Below, in pieces: positions 14,590-26,839 of a stretch of 64,000 nt of DNA (the stretch's first letter is position 1; every line of letters begins with the position of its first letter). Origin of the DNA: Octopus sinensis (Eukaryota); contig NC_043022.1 in assembly GCF_006345805.1 (NCBI RefSeq), positions 4,836,001 to 4,900,000 of the forward strand. The letters are read 5' to 3'. The translations under genes were made by a program, and so were the position numbers. Under the pieces are notes generated by a model, which searched no databases, was not told where the DNA came from, and saw nothing but the letters and a program-made list of their open reading frames with translations.

Positions 14590-15030
14590 TTTATTGGGAG
14601 AGAGAGAGAGAGAAAGAGAAGGAGAGAGAGTTCCATGATGGTGGCCATGTTTTGTCTTTTTTTAAAAATAAAAAAATGTCCTCTCTCTCTCTCCTTCTGT
14701 TTGTCTCTCTCTCTCTCTTTCTGTTTGTCTCTCTCTCTCTCTTTCTGTTTGTCTCTCTCTCTCTCTCTCTCCTTCTGTTCATCTCTCTCTCTCTCTCTCT
14801 ATTTTCTGAACTGAGAGAGAGAGACAAACCTCACTGCCCATCTATCTTTCTCCTTCTGTGTCTCTATCTCTTGCACATCTCACTCTCTCTCCATTTTCTC
14901 TCTCTCAACTTCTGTCTGTCTGTATCTCTGTCTTTCTGTCTCTATCACTCTCTTTCTCATTTTATCTCTATCTCTCCCCATCTCTTCTTCTTCTCTCTCT
15001 CTCTCTCCACTCTTCTCCCCCCCCCCCTCA
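14590..15030. repeat. (CT)/(GA)-rich polypurine-polypyrimidine tract
   Basis: Directly visible. Confidence 0.9.
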
Positions 15031-15569
15031 ACAAACAATGTACTGATGACATTAAACCAAACAAGAGACTGTGAAATAAACTGAGAAAGACAACACACCA
15101 CCATCACCACCTCTACCACCACCATTAACAACAACAACAACAACAACCCTAATCTTGTGTGTGTGTCTCTAATTTCGTAGATATTTTTCAGATCTTTTCT
15201 ACAAAATATATTCCAATTTCTACAATTTCCACTTATTTGTTTATAATCTTTGTTTTTTTTCCTCAAAAAATTTTTTTAATTTTCTTATGGAATTTTTTTT
15301 AATAAAATTTAACGTTTTTTATTTCTTATCTGATTTTTTTTTTTGCTTCTTTTTTTATTTTCTGCTGATTTGTTTTCTTTATATTTTAATTTTTTTTTTT
15401 TTTCCTTATTTCTTATTTCAGTTGGAATTTCGTTTCTTCAATTTTCGGTAAAGAATTGCTTGAGACGAGTCAATTTGGTTTTATTATCGAATAAATTTTC
15501 ATTGACTTGCTTTTCTGTTTCTGCCATCTTATTTGGAGGTTGATTGGGTGGGGGAGCCGTCTGTGATAA

Positions 15570-16795
15570 ATGTGTGAATGTATGTATGTAAATATGTGTG
15601 TATACATGTGTATGTGCGTGTATGTTGGTACATATGTATGTACACATGTACGTATGAATGTACATATGTATGTGTGTGTATGTATGTATGTATGTACATA
15701 TGTATGTATATATGCATGTATGTATATGTGTATGTATGTATGTGACTGTATGTATGTATGTGACTGTATGTATGTATGTACACATGTACGTATGAATGTA
15801 CATATGTATGTGTGTGTATGTATATATGTATGTACATATGTATGTATATATGCATGTATGTATATTTGTATGTATGTATGTATGTGACTGTTCAGTTTTA
15901 TTTCAAGATTTCTTGCCAATAGAGAAAGAACCGGTTTCTAACCCAGATTCAAGACTCCTTCATTGAAATTTCAATATCAACAACAGGGTATTTTTGCTTG
16001 TATTTATGTATGTATGTATATATGTATGCATGTATGTATGTATGTATGTGTGCAGATTTGTATGTCTTGTTTTATGTATGTATTCTCATGCATATAGTTA
16101 CATATTTAGACATATTCATATATATTTAAATGATAAACTTTTGGAAAGTTTTACAGATTTTTACAGTTCCACTAATGGATTGCATCTGTACTCTTCGAAT
16201 TAACTTTCTCCTTTCCGGTTTGGGAAGTCTAATTTCTCAAGATTGGTATTTAGGCAGTGTGTTACATATCCCAGGGCCCCAATAATTACAGGTATTAACC
16301 TGAACTTGTAATCTGGATAGAGTAACTGAAGATTTCTCAATGGTTCAGCATAGGTGTTCTCTTTTTCACTGATCTTCAGCTTTATGTTAACATTCACTGG
16401 GCAGCTAATTTTCACAACTGTGCACAGTTTCTCTTCTCAATCCCAAATCATTATATCAGGTCTGTTGTGCTTACATTTTATTGAGGTCTTCAGGGACATT
16501 CCACCAGTATTCCTTTCTATTAAGAGTGGCTATGGCTTCTACTATATTGTGGGTTCTTATTTCTTTGTCCTTGAGATTATCCTTCCGTCAGATTTCATTA
16601 TAGAGTGTCCTACCTACAACATGTCTCATCAGTAAATAATACCGTGATGACATTTTTGAACAACTTCTTTTGATGTGGGTGATGTCTTCAGTATGAACTC
16701 CACAAAGTCTGCATTGGTTGTCACATTTTATAGATTTTCCTGCATCTCTATCCCTTTTGTGCATCAGGTACTTGGTTGATATTTCCTGCACCTGT
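15570..16795 (-). mobile_element. RLE-type (R4/Dong/NeSL-like) non-LTR retrotransposon 3' fragment ending in (CATA)n
   Basis: CRLCGVHTEDITHI...C...RYY...RH (CCHC), KEYWWNVP...KHNRPDIMIW...ISCP.N.N...LRNLQLLYP...IPVIIGALG (restriction-like endonuclease); the presumed 3'UTR runs into the (TATG)n tract. Confidence 0.85.
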
Positions 16796-16820
16796 GTGTG
16801 TTTCTGTCTTCTGTGTATGA

Positions 16821-16871
<51 letters not shown>

Positions 16872-16876
<5 letters not shown>

Positions 16877-17062
16877 CGTAAAAAGCACCCGCTACACTCA
16901 CGGAGTGGTTGGCGTTAGGAAGGGCATCCAGCCGTAGAAACATTGCCAGATCAGACTGGGCCAGGTGCAGCCTTCTGGCTTCCCAGACCCCAGTTGAACC
17001 GTCCAACCCACGCTAGCATGGAAAGCGGATGCTAAATGATGATGATGATGATGATGATGATA
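16872..17062 (+). mobile_element. GAT-tailed SINE-like element (family D), 3' part
   Basis: ggcacgtaaaaagcacc...ggcgttaggaagggcatccagc...atgatgatg. Further copies at about 17510-17710, 20548-20815, 21340-21500, 26350-26680, 31283-31417, 32759-33033, 37310-37440, 59170-59540. Confidence 0.85.
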
Positions 17063-17124
17063 ATATATATATATATATATATATATTTACATGTACTTAC
17101 ATATAAGTATGGACATATTATACA

Positions 17125-17457
17125 TATTGCTGTATTTTGGGATGGTCAATTTGTTTTTTTCCAAATCAACACACACACTATATATTTGTTACGGTTCTTA
17201 TTGTAACAATAAGTGGAGCAAGAGCACACATGAAAATGGAAAGTGTTGCTGAGGAAGTCACAGGTGTGTAACAAAAGATTTCTGGACAATGGAGATGAGT
17301 TGGAATAAGAACAATAATAAGCGCATGAAGAACAAATATATATAGTGCGTGCGTTTATTTGGTAAAAAAAAAAAAAACACAAAGACCATACCGAAATACA
17401 ACAATATTTGTTTCAACACACAATTTCACATCAAGAGTCTTGCAACACAAATCATAA

Positions 17458-17460
<3 letters not shown>
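17125..17460. mobile_element. Diverged inverted-repeat element related to 24095-24420 (Penelope-like terminal remnant)
   Basis: tggtca...aacacacacactatatattt / tatatagtgcgtg...gacc..aaatacaacaata followed by tgtttcaacacac.atttcacat, as in the 24 kb copy. Confidence 0.55.
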
Positions 17461-17506
<46 letters not shown>

Positions 17507-19170
17507 ATCAACATCATCATTTAATGCCCATTGTCCATGCTGGCATGGGTTGGACGATTTGACCAGGGCTGGTATATTGAGGGGCAGCACCAGACTCCAG
17601 TCTGATTTCACTAGGTTTCTAGGGATGGATGCCCTTCTTAGCGCTAACCACTTTACAGAGTATGGTGGGTGCTTTTAAGCAGCAGCACACAGGTGCTTTT
17701 ACATGGTGTTGCAATATTTATGTATGTATGTATATGTATATACATGTACATATATATTATATATATAGGAGTGGCTGTGTGGTAAGTAGCTTGCTTACCA
17801 ATCACATGGTTCAGTCCCACTGTGTGGCACCTTGGGCAAGTGTCTTCTACTATAGCTTCGGGCCGACCAAAGCCCAGTGAGTGGATTTGGTAGATGGAAA
17901 CTGAAAGAAGCCCATCATATATATGTATATATATATATGTGTGTGTGTATGTTAGTGTGTCTGTGTTTGTCCCCCTAGCATTGCTTGACAACTGATGCTG
18001 GTGTGTTTACATTGCGGTCACTTAGCGGTTCGGCAAAAGAGACTGATAGAATAAGTACTGGGCTTACAAAGAATAAGTTCCGGGGTCGATTTGATTGACT
18101 AAAGGCGCTGCTCCAGCATGGCCGCAGTCAAATGACTGAAACATGTAAAAGAGTAAAGAGAGTATACATGTACATATATACACGTGTCTGTGTGTGCATA
18201 CATGTACATATGTGTGTGTGTGTGTGTCTGTATATATATATGTATGTGTGTGTGTGTCTGTATATACATGTACATATGTGTGTGTGTGTGTGTGTGTGCA
18301 AGCATTAATAGACTATTCTATTATTTATTTATATATTTCTGGTTCCACTAAACATTTTCTTCCGTTCATCCATGAGAAATAATTAGAAATGAAACAAAAG
18401 ACATCGAACTTTGAGTACAAAATCACAAATTGTTTTCTTTTTTTTCCATTTCAATCTCGTCTGTCTGCTCTTGCTTTTTTTTGATATTTTGTTATGTTGT
18501 TGTTGTTGCTGCCGCTCAAGAGTGATGCAGCAGTACTCCTCCGCCGCCCCACCCAATTAATGGACTTGGGGAGTGGGGGGGGGGATTTTTATTTTTCAAT
18601 CAATCTTATTCTCATCATCATCGTCATCATCTTTGTTACTGTCATCACTGCTGTTGTCATAGTCAGCACTGTCTTCACCTTAGCTACAACCACCATCATC
18701 ATCATCACCACCATCACCATCATCGGCACCATCCTTCTCATTATCCTCTCCATTATCATCATCATCATCATCAAATTCTATACAATTTTTTTTGGTCTTA
18801 AATTCTTATGAAATGCTTGCATACTTTTTCTCTTCTCTCTCGTGGGGAACATTATTTTGAAATGCTTCACTCAGCAGAGGAAGTGCAATCTTTCTGACCC
18901 CTATTTAAAGGGCCACTGAGACTGGCAAGCGTAAGGAAGGGCAGTGGTTGGGTGTGTATGTGTGTGTTTTTCTGTCATCTCACTATCCCTTCTACCTCAC
19001 CTTTCTCACCAAATGCTTGCAAAGAGAACCCTTGGCTTAAAATGGCCATGAAAGCCAAGTAATGGTGGTGGTTATGGTAGTGGTTGGGGCACTGGTGGTG
19101 GTGTTACACTGATGGACAGTAATTAACTCTTAATGTCCAGAAAGGCTGTAGCTGTAAAGATATATATATA

Positions 19171-19400
19171 TATTTCTTTACTACCCACAAGGGGCTAAAC
19201 ACAGAGGGGACAAACAAGGACAGACAAACGGATTAAGTCTATTATATCGACCCCAGTGCATAACTGGTACTTAATTTATCGACCCCGAAAAGATGAAAGG
19301 CAAAGTCGACCTCGGTGGAATTTGAACTCGGAACGTAACAACAGACGAAATACGGCCACGCATTTCGCCCGGCGTGCCAACGTTTCTGCCAGCTCACCAC
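19171..19400 (-). mobile_element. tRNA-derived SINE family C
   Basis: Reverse complement of gagctggcaga.acgtt.gcacgccgggcgaaatgc...gagttcaaattcc.ccgaggtcgactttgcctttcatc...; other copies at 13470-13680, 14205-14415, 30055-30245, 33845-34070, 55485-55590. Confidence 0.85.
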
Positions 19401-19638
19401 CTTTTATATATATATATAGGTGAGGGAGTGGTGTGTGGTAAGAAGCTTGCTTTCCCACCACATAGTTCCAGGTTCAGTCCCACTGTGAGGCATTTTGGGG
19501 GCGAGAGTGTCTTCTACTATAACCTTGGGCCGACCAAAGCCTTGAGCATGGATTTGGTAGATGGAATACATAGAGACTGAAAGAAGTCCGTCATATATAA
19601 TAATAATAATAATATAATAATAATAATAAAGGGTAATA

Positions 19639-20040
19639 GGCGCAGGAGTGGCTGTGTGTTAAGTAGCTTGTTTACTAACCACATGGTTCTGGGTTCAGTC
19701 CCACTGCGTGGCACCTTGGGCAAGTGTCTTCTACTATAGCCTCGGGCCAACCAAAGCCTTGTGAGTGGATTTGGTAGACGGAAACTGAAAGAAGCCTGTC
19801 GTATATATGTATATACGTGTGTGCGCGCGTGTGTCTGTGTTTGTCCCCCTAGCATTGCTTGACAACTGATGCTGGTGTGTTTATGTCCCCGTTACTTAGC
19901 GGTTCAATGAAAGAGACTGATAGATTAAGTACTGGGCTTACAAAAGAATAAGTCCCAGGGTCGAGTTGCTCGATTAAAGGCAGTGCTCCAGCATGGCCGC
20001 AGTCAAATGACTGAAACAAGTAAAAGAGTAACAGAGAGTA
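19639..20040 (+). mobile_element. SINE family A, full length
   Basis: Same head, body and tail as 7891-8285. Confidence 0.9.
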
Positions 20041-20306
20041 GGTAAAATTAATTAATTAATAATTTTACCAAGTAGTTCAGCATGTTAAAAGAACCATTAT
20101 CGGTAAACTTAAACAAAAATTCTTATAATTATGAATATAATTATAATTAGGGTTCAGCAAAAAATTTGCTTCACCACATACCGAAATTTAGAAATAGCAG
20201 CCAAAACTAGCTATTTCTCTACCATAAGAAAATCTCCCAGACAACAATACTCAACAACTCACGTAGGCAAAGAGAAAAAATAACGAATTCACTCGGCTTA
20301 GATTAA

Positions 20307-20389
20307 CTGTGGATGCGTTTCGGAGTTAGATAGATATGAAAAATGCAAAACCCACATTTCCATTCTATCATTCCCGCTCTTCAGCACAG
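20307..20389 (-). ncRNA. Decayed type-I hammerhead-like motif in a Penelope-like remnant
   Basis: Minus strand ctgtg-CTGAAGA-gcggg...ctcc-GAAAC-GC-ATC-cacag; stem I is a perfect 5 bp, stem II imperfect, GTC appears changed to ATC. Confidence 0.55.
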
Positions 20390-20923
20390 TATTTCAAGAT
20401 TTTAAATTTGAGGGCACTGTAAAAAAATTGAACATACCTTATCTGAACAAGTGACATCAAACAAATTACATCCAATGACCACCACCTCTGAATTCACACA
20501 AATAAATGAGATCCTATTTGTCTGTTTGAATTCGAAGGTACTGGTCACTGGATGCCCTTCCTAACACCAACCGCTTTATAGAGTGTATTAGGTGCTTTTA
20601 TGTGGCACCGGTATGGCTGCTTTATTATATGGCACCAAAATGGAAATTGCAGCTGTGATACCAGTGCCGGTGGTACGTAAGAGAACCATCCGAACGTGGC
20701 CGTTGCCAGCGCCGCCCCGACCGGCCTCCATGCTGGTGGCATGTAAAAGGCACCATCCGATTGTGGCTGTTGCCAGTCTTGTCTGGCCCCCATGCCGGTG
20801 GCACGTAAAAAGCAACTGAGATAGCTAAATATATGAAACCAGCATTTTTATATGTGTGTGTGTATATGTTCGTGTTTTGAGTTAGATGTGTGTTGGTGCC
20901 ATTCTTGCACCTTTTTATATATA

Positions 20924-20974
<51 letters not shown>

Positions 20975-21016
20975 TATATACACATACATATGTATATATC
21001 TATATCTATCTACCTA

Positions 21017-21049
<33 letters not shown>

Positions 21050-21118
21050 GTTGCCATGATTGATCGCTAACTTCAAAAGTTTTCTTATTCTCTCTCTCTC
21101 TCTCTATTTCTTCGTTTT

Positions 21119-21156
21119 CCTTTCTGTTGAAGAGTGTAGGCTTGAAACGTAAAAGA
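21119..21156 (+). ncRNA. Minimal hammerhead-like motif, U6 core variant family
   Basis: ccttt-CTGTTGA-a-gagt gtag gctt-GAAA-CG-TA-aaag; related copies at 26803-26839 and 28899-28935 (minus strand). Confidence 0.5.
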
Positions 21157-21497
21157 CTCTCACCTTTCCAAGCATCAATCTAATGCACCTGCTTGTTGTT
21201 TATACACCTGTCTTCATCTTTTGTTTTTCTGTAAATTTCAACTACATATATATATATCACAGTAATATGGTTGGTATTTGGAAGGGCCTCCAGCTGTAAA
21301 AATCATGCCAAAACTAACCTTGCCTGTAATAGTGCCATTCCACTCTGTGGAATGGTTGGTGTTAGGAAGGGCATCCAGCCGTAAAATCCCTGCCAAAACA
21401 GACACAGTAGCCGAGGGTAGTTTTTCTACCTGGCCAGCTCCTGTCAGCCGTCCTATCCATGCATGCATGTTTGCAAGATGGATGTTAAATGATGATG

Positions 21498-21539
<42 letters not shown>

Positions 21540-21829
21540 TAGATATGTATATATATATATGTGTGTGTGTGTATTTATAGCTATATCTTTAGACACCATC
21601 TATCTATCTCTGTTTATCTATCTATGATGATGATGATTATCATCATCATCATCACCATCATTGTTTAATGTCTGTTTTCCAAGTTGGCCTGGGTTGGACA
21701 ATTTGATAGAAGCTGGCAAGGCTGGGTGCGTCAGGTTCCAAATTGTCTGCTTTGGCATGGTTTCTATGACTGCATGCCCTTCCTATGATAATAATGAAAT
21801 TATTGTATACAGTGCTCAGGTGCACCACA

Positions 21830-22500
21830 ACTTGTCAGAGTATATGCAGTAATGTAAAAATGTCTGGAAAGTGAACAGTGTATGAGTCAGATATACATGC
21901 TTGTATGTGTATGGAGGGAGAAAATCAGGTGAGTTTTTGGCGATCTCAGGAAGCATGGAAGTTTTGAAGGATGCAGTGCTCAACAACTAACAACTGATGC
22001 CGGCAGTTTGTTCCATGCTTCAGTGTGTGTATGGAGGAGAGAAAATCAGGTGTAGTGTTGGCGAATCTCAGGAAGCATGGAAGTTTTGAAGGATGCAGTG
22101 CTCCGACAACTAACAACTGATGCCGGCAGTTTGTTCCATGCTTCAGTGTGTGTATGGAGAGGAGAAAATCAGGTGTAGTGTTGGCGAATCTCAGGAAGCA
22201 TGGAAGTTTTGAAGGATGCAGTGCTCCGACAACCAACAACTGATGCCAGCAGTTTGTTCCATGCTTCAGCAACTCTCAGCGTGAAAAAATGTTTCCGAAA
22301 GTCATGGGAGCTGTGCTGTTTTCTGACTTTGTAAATATGTCCACGGGTGTTAGACGGGTGGAGTTTGAAAAGGTGCTCAGAGTTATTGTTTGTAAGATGG
22401 TTAATAATTTTATGGGTGTCTGCCAAGTCAGCTGCCAGACATCGGAGTTTCAATGTATCCATGCCCAGGGAAGTACGGTGTTCAGATTATGGCAAACATT
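21830..22500 (-). mobile_element. CR1-clade LINE 3' fragment with a triplicated 123-bp end
   Basis: LRCLAADLADTHKII...TRGHIYKV...RKHFFTLRVAEAWNKL...FKTSM; the unit covering the ORF end and start of the 3'UTR occurs three times (21900-22269). Confidence 0.88.
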
Positions 22501-23208
22501 TTACTAGAGTGGACTGGGCACCTTTTACATGGCATGAATACCAAAGCATACTTGGCTGCTGATCATAAGGTTGTAAGTTCAATATCTGGTAGTGCATTGT
22601 GTCCTTCAGCAAGACACTTTACTCCACTCCAGCCCAGCCCACTCAGCTGGCAAAAAAATGAGTAGTTCCTTTAATTGAAAAGGGCCAATCTTGTCACATT
22701 CTGTGTCACACTGAATCTCCCTCAGAACTACATTAAGGGCACACATGTCCATGGAGTGCTCAGCCACTTGCAAGCTAATTTCACGAGCAGGCTGTTCCAT
22801 TGATTGAATCAGCGGGAACCCTCATCACCATAAGCGACAGAGAGCCAGTTATACATGCACCCAAAACACATATACATATATGTATGTATAATAATAACAA
22901 TAATAATCCTTGGATAGAATTTATAAATATTTTAATGCATCACTACGCACGTTTCCACGAATCACAGGTTTCTTAATATCATAGTCCATATTCCTGGGAT
23001 GATTACAGTGCAGTATGTAGTATCCATGGTATTGCGTAGATCACGTTCATGCATTCATTTCTTTGGGTGAAATAGTGCAGCCCCTAAAAACCGGTATTAC
23101 CAGTAGGCATCATTAGGCTGCAGCCGGTATAACAGGACAGGAGTTTTAATATGCATATTCAAAACGTTTTCTGTAAATGAACTTCAAGGATATATATAGA
23201 GAGAGATA

Positions 23209-23511
23209 GGCGCAATGGCCCAGTGGTTAGGGCAGTGGACTCGCGGTCATAGGATCACGGTTTCGATTCCCAGACCAGGTGTTGTGAGTGTTTATTGAGC
23301 GAAAACACCTAAATCTCCACGAGGCTTCGGCAGGGAGGGTGGCGATCCCTGCTGTACTCTTTCGCCACAACTTTCTCTCACTCTTTCTTCTGTTGGCCTG
23401 CTCGCTTAGCCAGCAGGGTGGCGTCATTTAAAGGCTAAAACAATGCGAAATGCATTGTGACCAGCGATGTGTAGCAACATCTGATAGCCTGGTCGGTCAC
23501 ATGATCACGTG

Positions 23512-23512
<1 letters not shown>
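23209..23512 (+). mobile_element. tRNA-derived SINE family B, 3' tail type ii
   Basis: Head ggcgcaatggcccagtggttagggcag.ggactc...ggtttcgattccc; tail ctgatagcctggtcggtcac; same subtype at 54785-55045(-) and a tail fragment at 40845-40985(-). Confidence 0.85.
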
Positions 23513-23556
<44 letters not shown>

Positions 23557-23949
23557 TACAGGTAGAACAGAAATAACACAACAAGTGGAAACTATCAAAA
23601 CACAACATGCGGAAAAATGGATGATAGCATGACAAATAGCAAACAGGACAAAAACAAGACACACGGATCATTCACAGCTGATTTCCTCATCAGTCGAAGT
23701 CTGTGAAGTCCTTGTAGTTTCGCCCCCTAATCTCCTTATATATATAAATATATAGGAGTAAATGTAAAGACAAGCAAGTTAGGCAGGTCGATCTACAAAG
23801 AATATTTAATACATTATATGCAAAAAAAAATGTATATATGGTGAGATACAAAAAGGTCCAACTTACACAGAATAGAAATGATATCAGGAATTAAAGAATT
23901 AAAGGAGTGTGTTTCTGGGGGCTTGGCAGTTCAAACTAATGCTTGTAGA

Positions 23950-24050
23950 TTGATTCCGTCATAGGATGAGACATGCCTATGTCTTCGGGGAATCTTACAT
24001 TTGAGCTCAAGTTTAAACCTCTTGAGCACTAAAAGGTGTGTTCTATACAA
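23950..24050 (-). mobile_element. Penelope-like 3' remnant: possible GIY-YIG C-terminus followed by a degenerate hammerhead
   Basis: Minus strand ...VLKRFKLELK (resembles the FI.KFKP.LN end of PLE ORFs), then CCGAAGA-catagg...cctatg-acGGAA. Confidence 0.4.
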
Positions 24051-24094
24051 AGAATATCTGATTCTCATCTATGAACTATATACAAACATATATA

Positions 24095-24365
24095 TATTGT
24101 TGTATTTAGGAATGGTCATATTGCCAGTTTAGCCAATAAAAACACACGCACTATATATTTGGTGTTATTTTACTTCAGTGTTATTTATTTTTTTACATTA
24201 ATCTTAATCTTATTTCGGCCAGAGTTCTTTCGTCACACTCCTGTGACCGCATCAGTGGTCCTTTGTTTTCTTCTTTCTTATTTGTGTCTCTCCTTACTAA
24301 CCGTCAGCCATTTTGTGTTTTTATTGGCTAAACTGGCAATATGACCATTCCTAAATACAACAATA
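24095..24365. mobile_element. Perfect 52-bp inverted repeat enclosing a hammerhead-like motif (Penelope-like terminal structure)
   Basis: Arms 24095-24146 and 24314-24365; internal minus-strand cca-CTGATGC-g-gtcac aggagt gtgac-GAAA-gaac-TC-tgg at 24217-24261. Confidence 0.65.
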
Positions 24366-24417
24366 TCTGTTTCAACACACGATTTCACATAAAAAATCTT
24401 GCACAACAAATATTTAA

Positions 24418-24455
<38 letters not shown>

Positions 24456-25093
24456 TATACACACGCACACACACAGCCATTCTTCACATCAAAGTGTTCT
24501 ATGTCGTGAATCACTGACCTCGGTGCCACAACCACCTCAGAACAGCCACTTGTTAAATTAGTGAAATGCCTTTTTTGTGTCTGAGTCTTCAGACATTCTC
24601 AATGGTCTTTGATGCCACTCTTTTGCAGACGGTTATTCTTGTTTTTCTGGTAATTCTCGTTCTTGTTATGGTTCTTATTTTTATTATTATCATCTTATCT
24701 TCATGTTATCATTGTTATTATTTCCTATTTCTCTTTGGTATGGTGCCAAGAATTATGTTATATCAAAGATTTTGAATTTTTGTAATTATTATTGTACATT
24801 TATGTATGTGTGTGTGTGATAAATGTATGAATATTTATTTTGATATTCAGAGGTATGATGATGATGACAGCAATGATGATGATGACAATAATGATGACGA
24901 CAATGATGACGACGACGACGATGACAAGCAACGTCAACAGTAATCGCACTGGAGAAACCAATCAAAAACACAAGCTTCTATCTAGTTTCCCCTCTGTCTT
25001 CATATTCCACTCTATCTCGTCCTCTATGTCTCTCTCTCTTTCTCTCTCCTCTTCTCCCTGCCTCCTCATCACTCTCCCCTCTTTCCATTTCAG

Positions 25094-25225
25094 TCCAATT
25101 CCTCCACATCGCTACATCACTTATGAAATTCCTGCCATCAACCGAATACGTGCTGGTCTCGCAATAACCATTGCTGTCCAGCTTGGAACCACTGACATCT
25201 TCCCAATAAAACTTCAGTGCAATCG
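25094..25225 (+). CDS. Candidate 132-bp exon of an unknown gene
   Basis: Long pyrimidine tract ending ttccatttcag| and G|gtaaac donor; only one frame is open (PIPPHRYITYEIPAINRIRAGLAITIAVQLGTTDIFPIKLQCN); no homolog recognised. Confidence 0.3.
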
Positions 25226-25493
25226 GTAAACTGAAGGACCGCATCTGCAATAACACCAACAGCAGCATCTGCGATACAATAAGACAAAGATGCAGCTTAA
25301 GAGGATGTGCATTAGCTGTGCATGGTGCTGTTGCTGCAGGTGGAAGAATAAAGCAATTGTTTGTTCTTAGATTAATACAATGCGTTTTAAGCATGCAATA
25401 CTTACATATGTATGTGTATGTGTATATATACATATATGTATATGTATATAGATATAACTATATCTGTGTGTGTGTATATAAATATATATATAT

Positions 25494-26172
25494 CATCATC
25501 ATCATCATGGCTTGTCTTCGCGAACAAAGATCAGGAAGGCTGTCCATGTCGCGTGCATGAATGCTCATGACTGACAAGTCCGATATGGGAAAGGCAGGTC
25601 TGTGAGCAGTGTCCACAGACGAAGGTAACATCCGGTGTCGTGTCAGAGGCGGCTCGCGCCTTCCTCCTGCGTCTCTTGTCTTTAAGTGCGTCTCTTCTTT
25701 GTTCCTCAAACTTGCTGACTGCGTTGAAGATTGTGTGGTGCCAGACATCATGGTCCGCAGCCAGGTCTGACCAGCATTGGTGGTCAATATGACATGCTGT
25801 TAGAGACTTCTTGAGGCAGTCTTTGTAGTGCTTCCTCGGAGCTCCTCTCACTCGGTGGCCGGTGGAGAGTTCGCCAAACAGGGCAATCTTTGGAACACGA
25901 TGGTTCTCCATTCTGGAGACATGCCCTGCCCATCGGAGGTGGTACTTCGGTAGCGTGGCTTCAATGCTGGGGATCTCGGCCCGCTCCAAGGCATCAATGT
26001 TTGTGACGAAGTCACTCCAGTGAATGTTGAGGATGGTGCGGACACATCGCTGGTGGAAGCGCTCGAGGAGACGGATGTGACTGCGGTAAGTGATCCAGGT
26101 CTCTGAGCCATAGAGAAGAGTGGTGAGAACCACGGCTCTGTAGACACTGATCTTTGTTTTGTTCTTCAGGTA
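25494..26172 (-). mobile_element. RTE-clade LINE 3' fragment (RT C-terminus plus C2H2 finger) with (GAT)n tail
   Basis: TKISVYRAVVLTTLLYGSETW...LERFHQRC.R.ILNIHW...LRWAGHVSRM...RGAPRK...CGHC...SHIGLVSHEHSC. Confidence 0.92.
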
Positions 26173-26257
26173 TGTAAACTGCTGTATTGATTTCAGTTCA
26201 GTACTGCAGATAGTGATGTGGGGTGGGCGGTATTCCAGTATTCCCACATCACCGCCC

Positions 26258-26304
<47 letters not shown>

Positions 26305-26802
26305 TATTTGAGACAAAACCACTATTTTGCAAAATATATAATATATAATCAAAATCGCTGAGATTACCAATTTCAGTGGAATGTTAAAAGCACCATCCGA
26401 GCATGATCGTTGCCAGGACTGCTGATTGGTTCCCATGCAGGTAGCACGTAAATAAACACCTATTGAGCATGGTCATTGCCAGAACTGCCTGACTGGTCCT
26501 CGTACCAGAGGCATATAAAAGCATCCTCTATACTCTCGGAGTGGTTGGCGTTAGGAAGGGCATCGAGCTGTAGAGACTTTGCCAGATCAGATTGGAGCCT
26601 GCTGCAGCCTTCTATCTCATCAGTCCTCAATCAAACCGTCCAACCCATGCCAGCATGGAAAGCGGACATTAATGATGATAATGCTAAATATATATATATA
26701 TATATATATATAGGGAGAGTTCTCGAAAAAAACAAAAGACGAAGACAGGTGATGTACAAAACAAACAGATGTATTAGTAAAATGCTCAGGAATAGAAAAA
26801 GT

Positions 26803-26839
26803 CTTTTACGTTTCGAGCCTATGCTCTTCTACAGAAAGG
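26803..26839 (-). ncRNA. Minimal hammerhead-like motif, U6 variant, best-preserved copy
   Basis: ccttt-CTGTAGA-a-gagc atag gctc-GAAA-CG-TA-aaag; stems I and II pair perfectly; ACGT palindrome in place of a stem III hairpin. Confidence 0.55.

Noticed and set aside
22935-23000. GAAAC-GTGC-GTA half motif on the minus strand (similar halves at 23670-23700 and ~50975)
   Set aside because: The CTGANGA core or stem II is missing or too degenerate to call.
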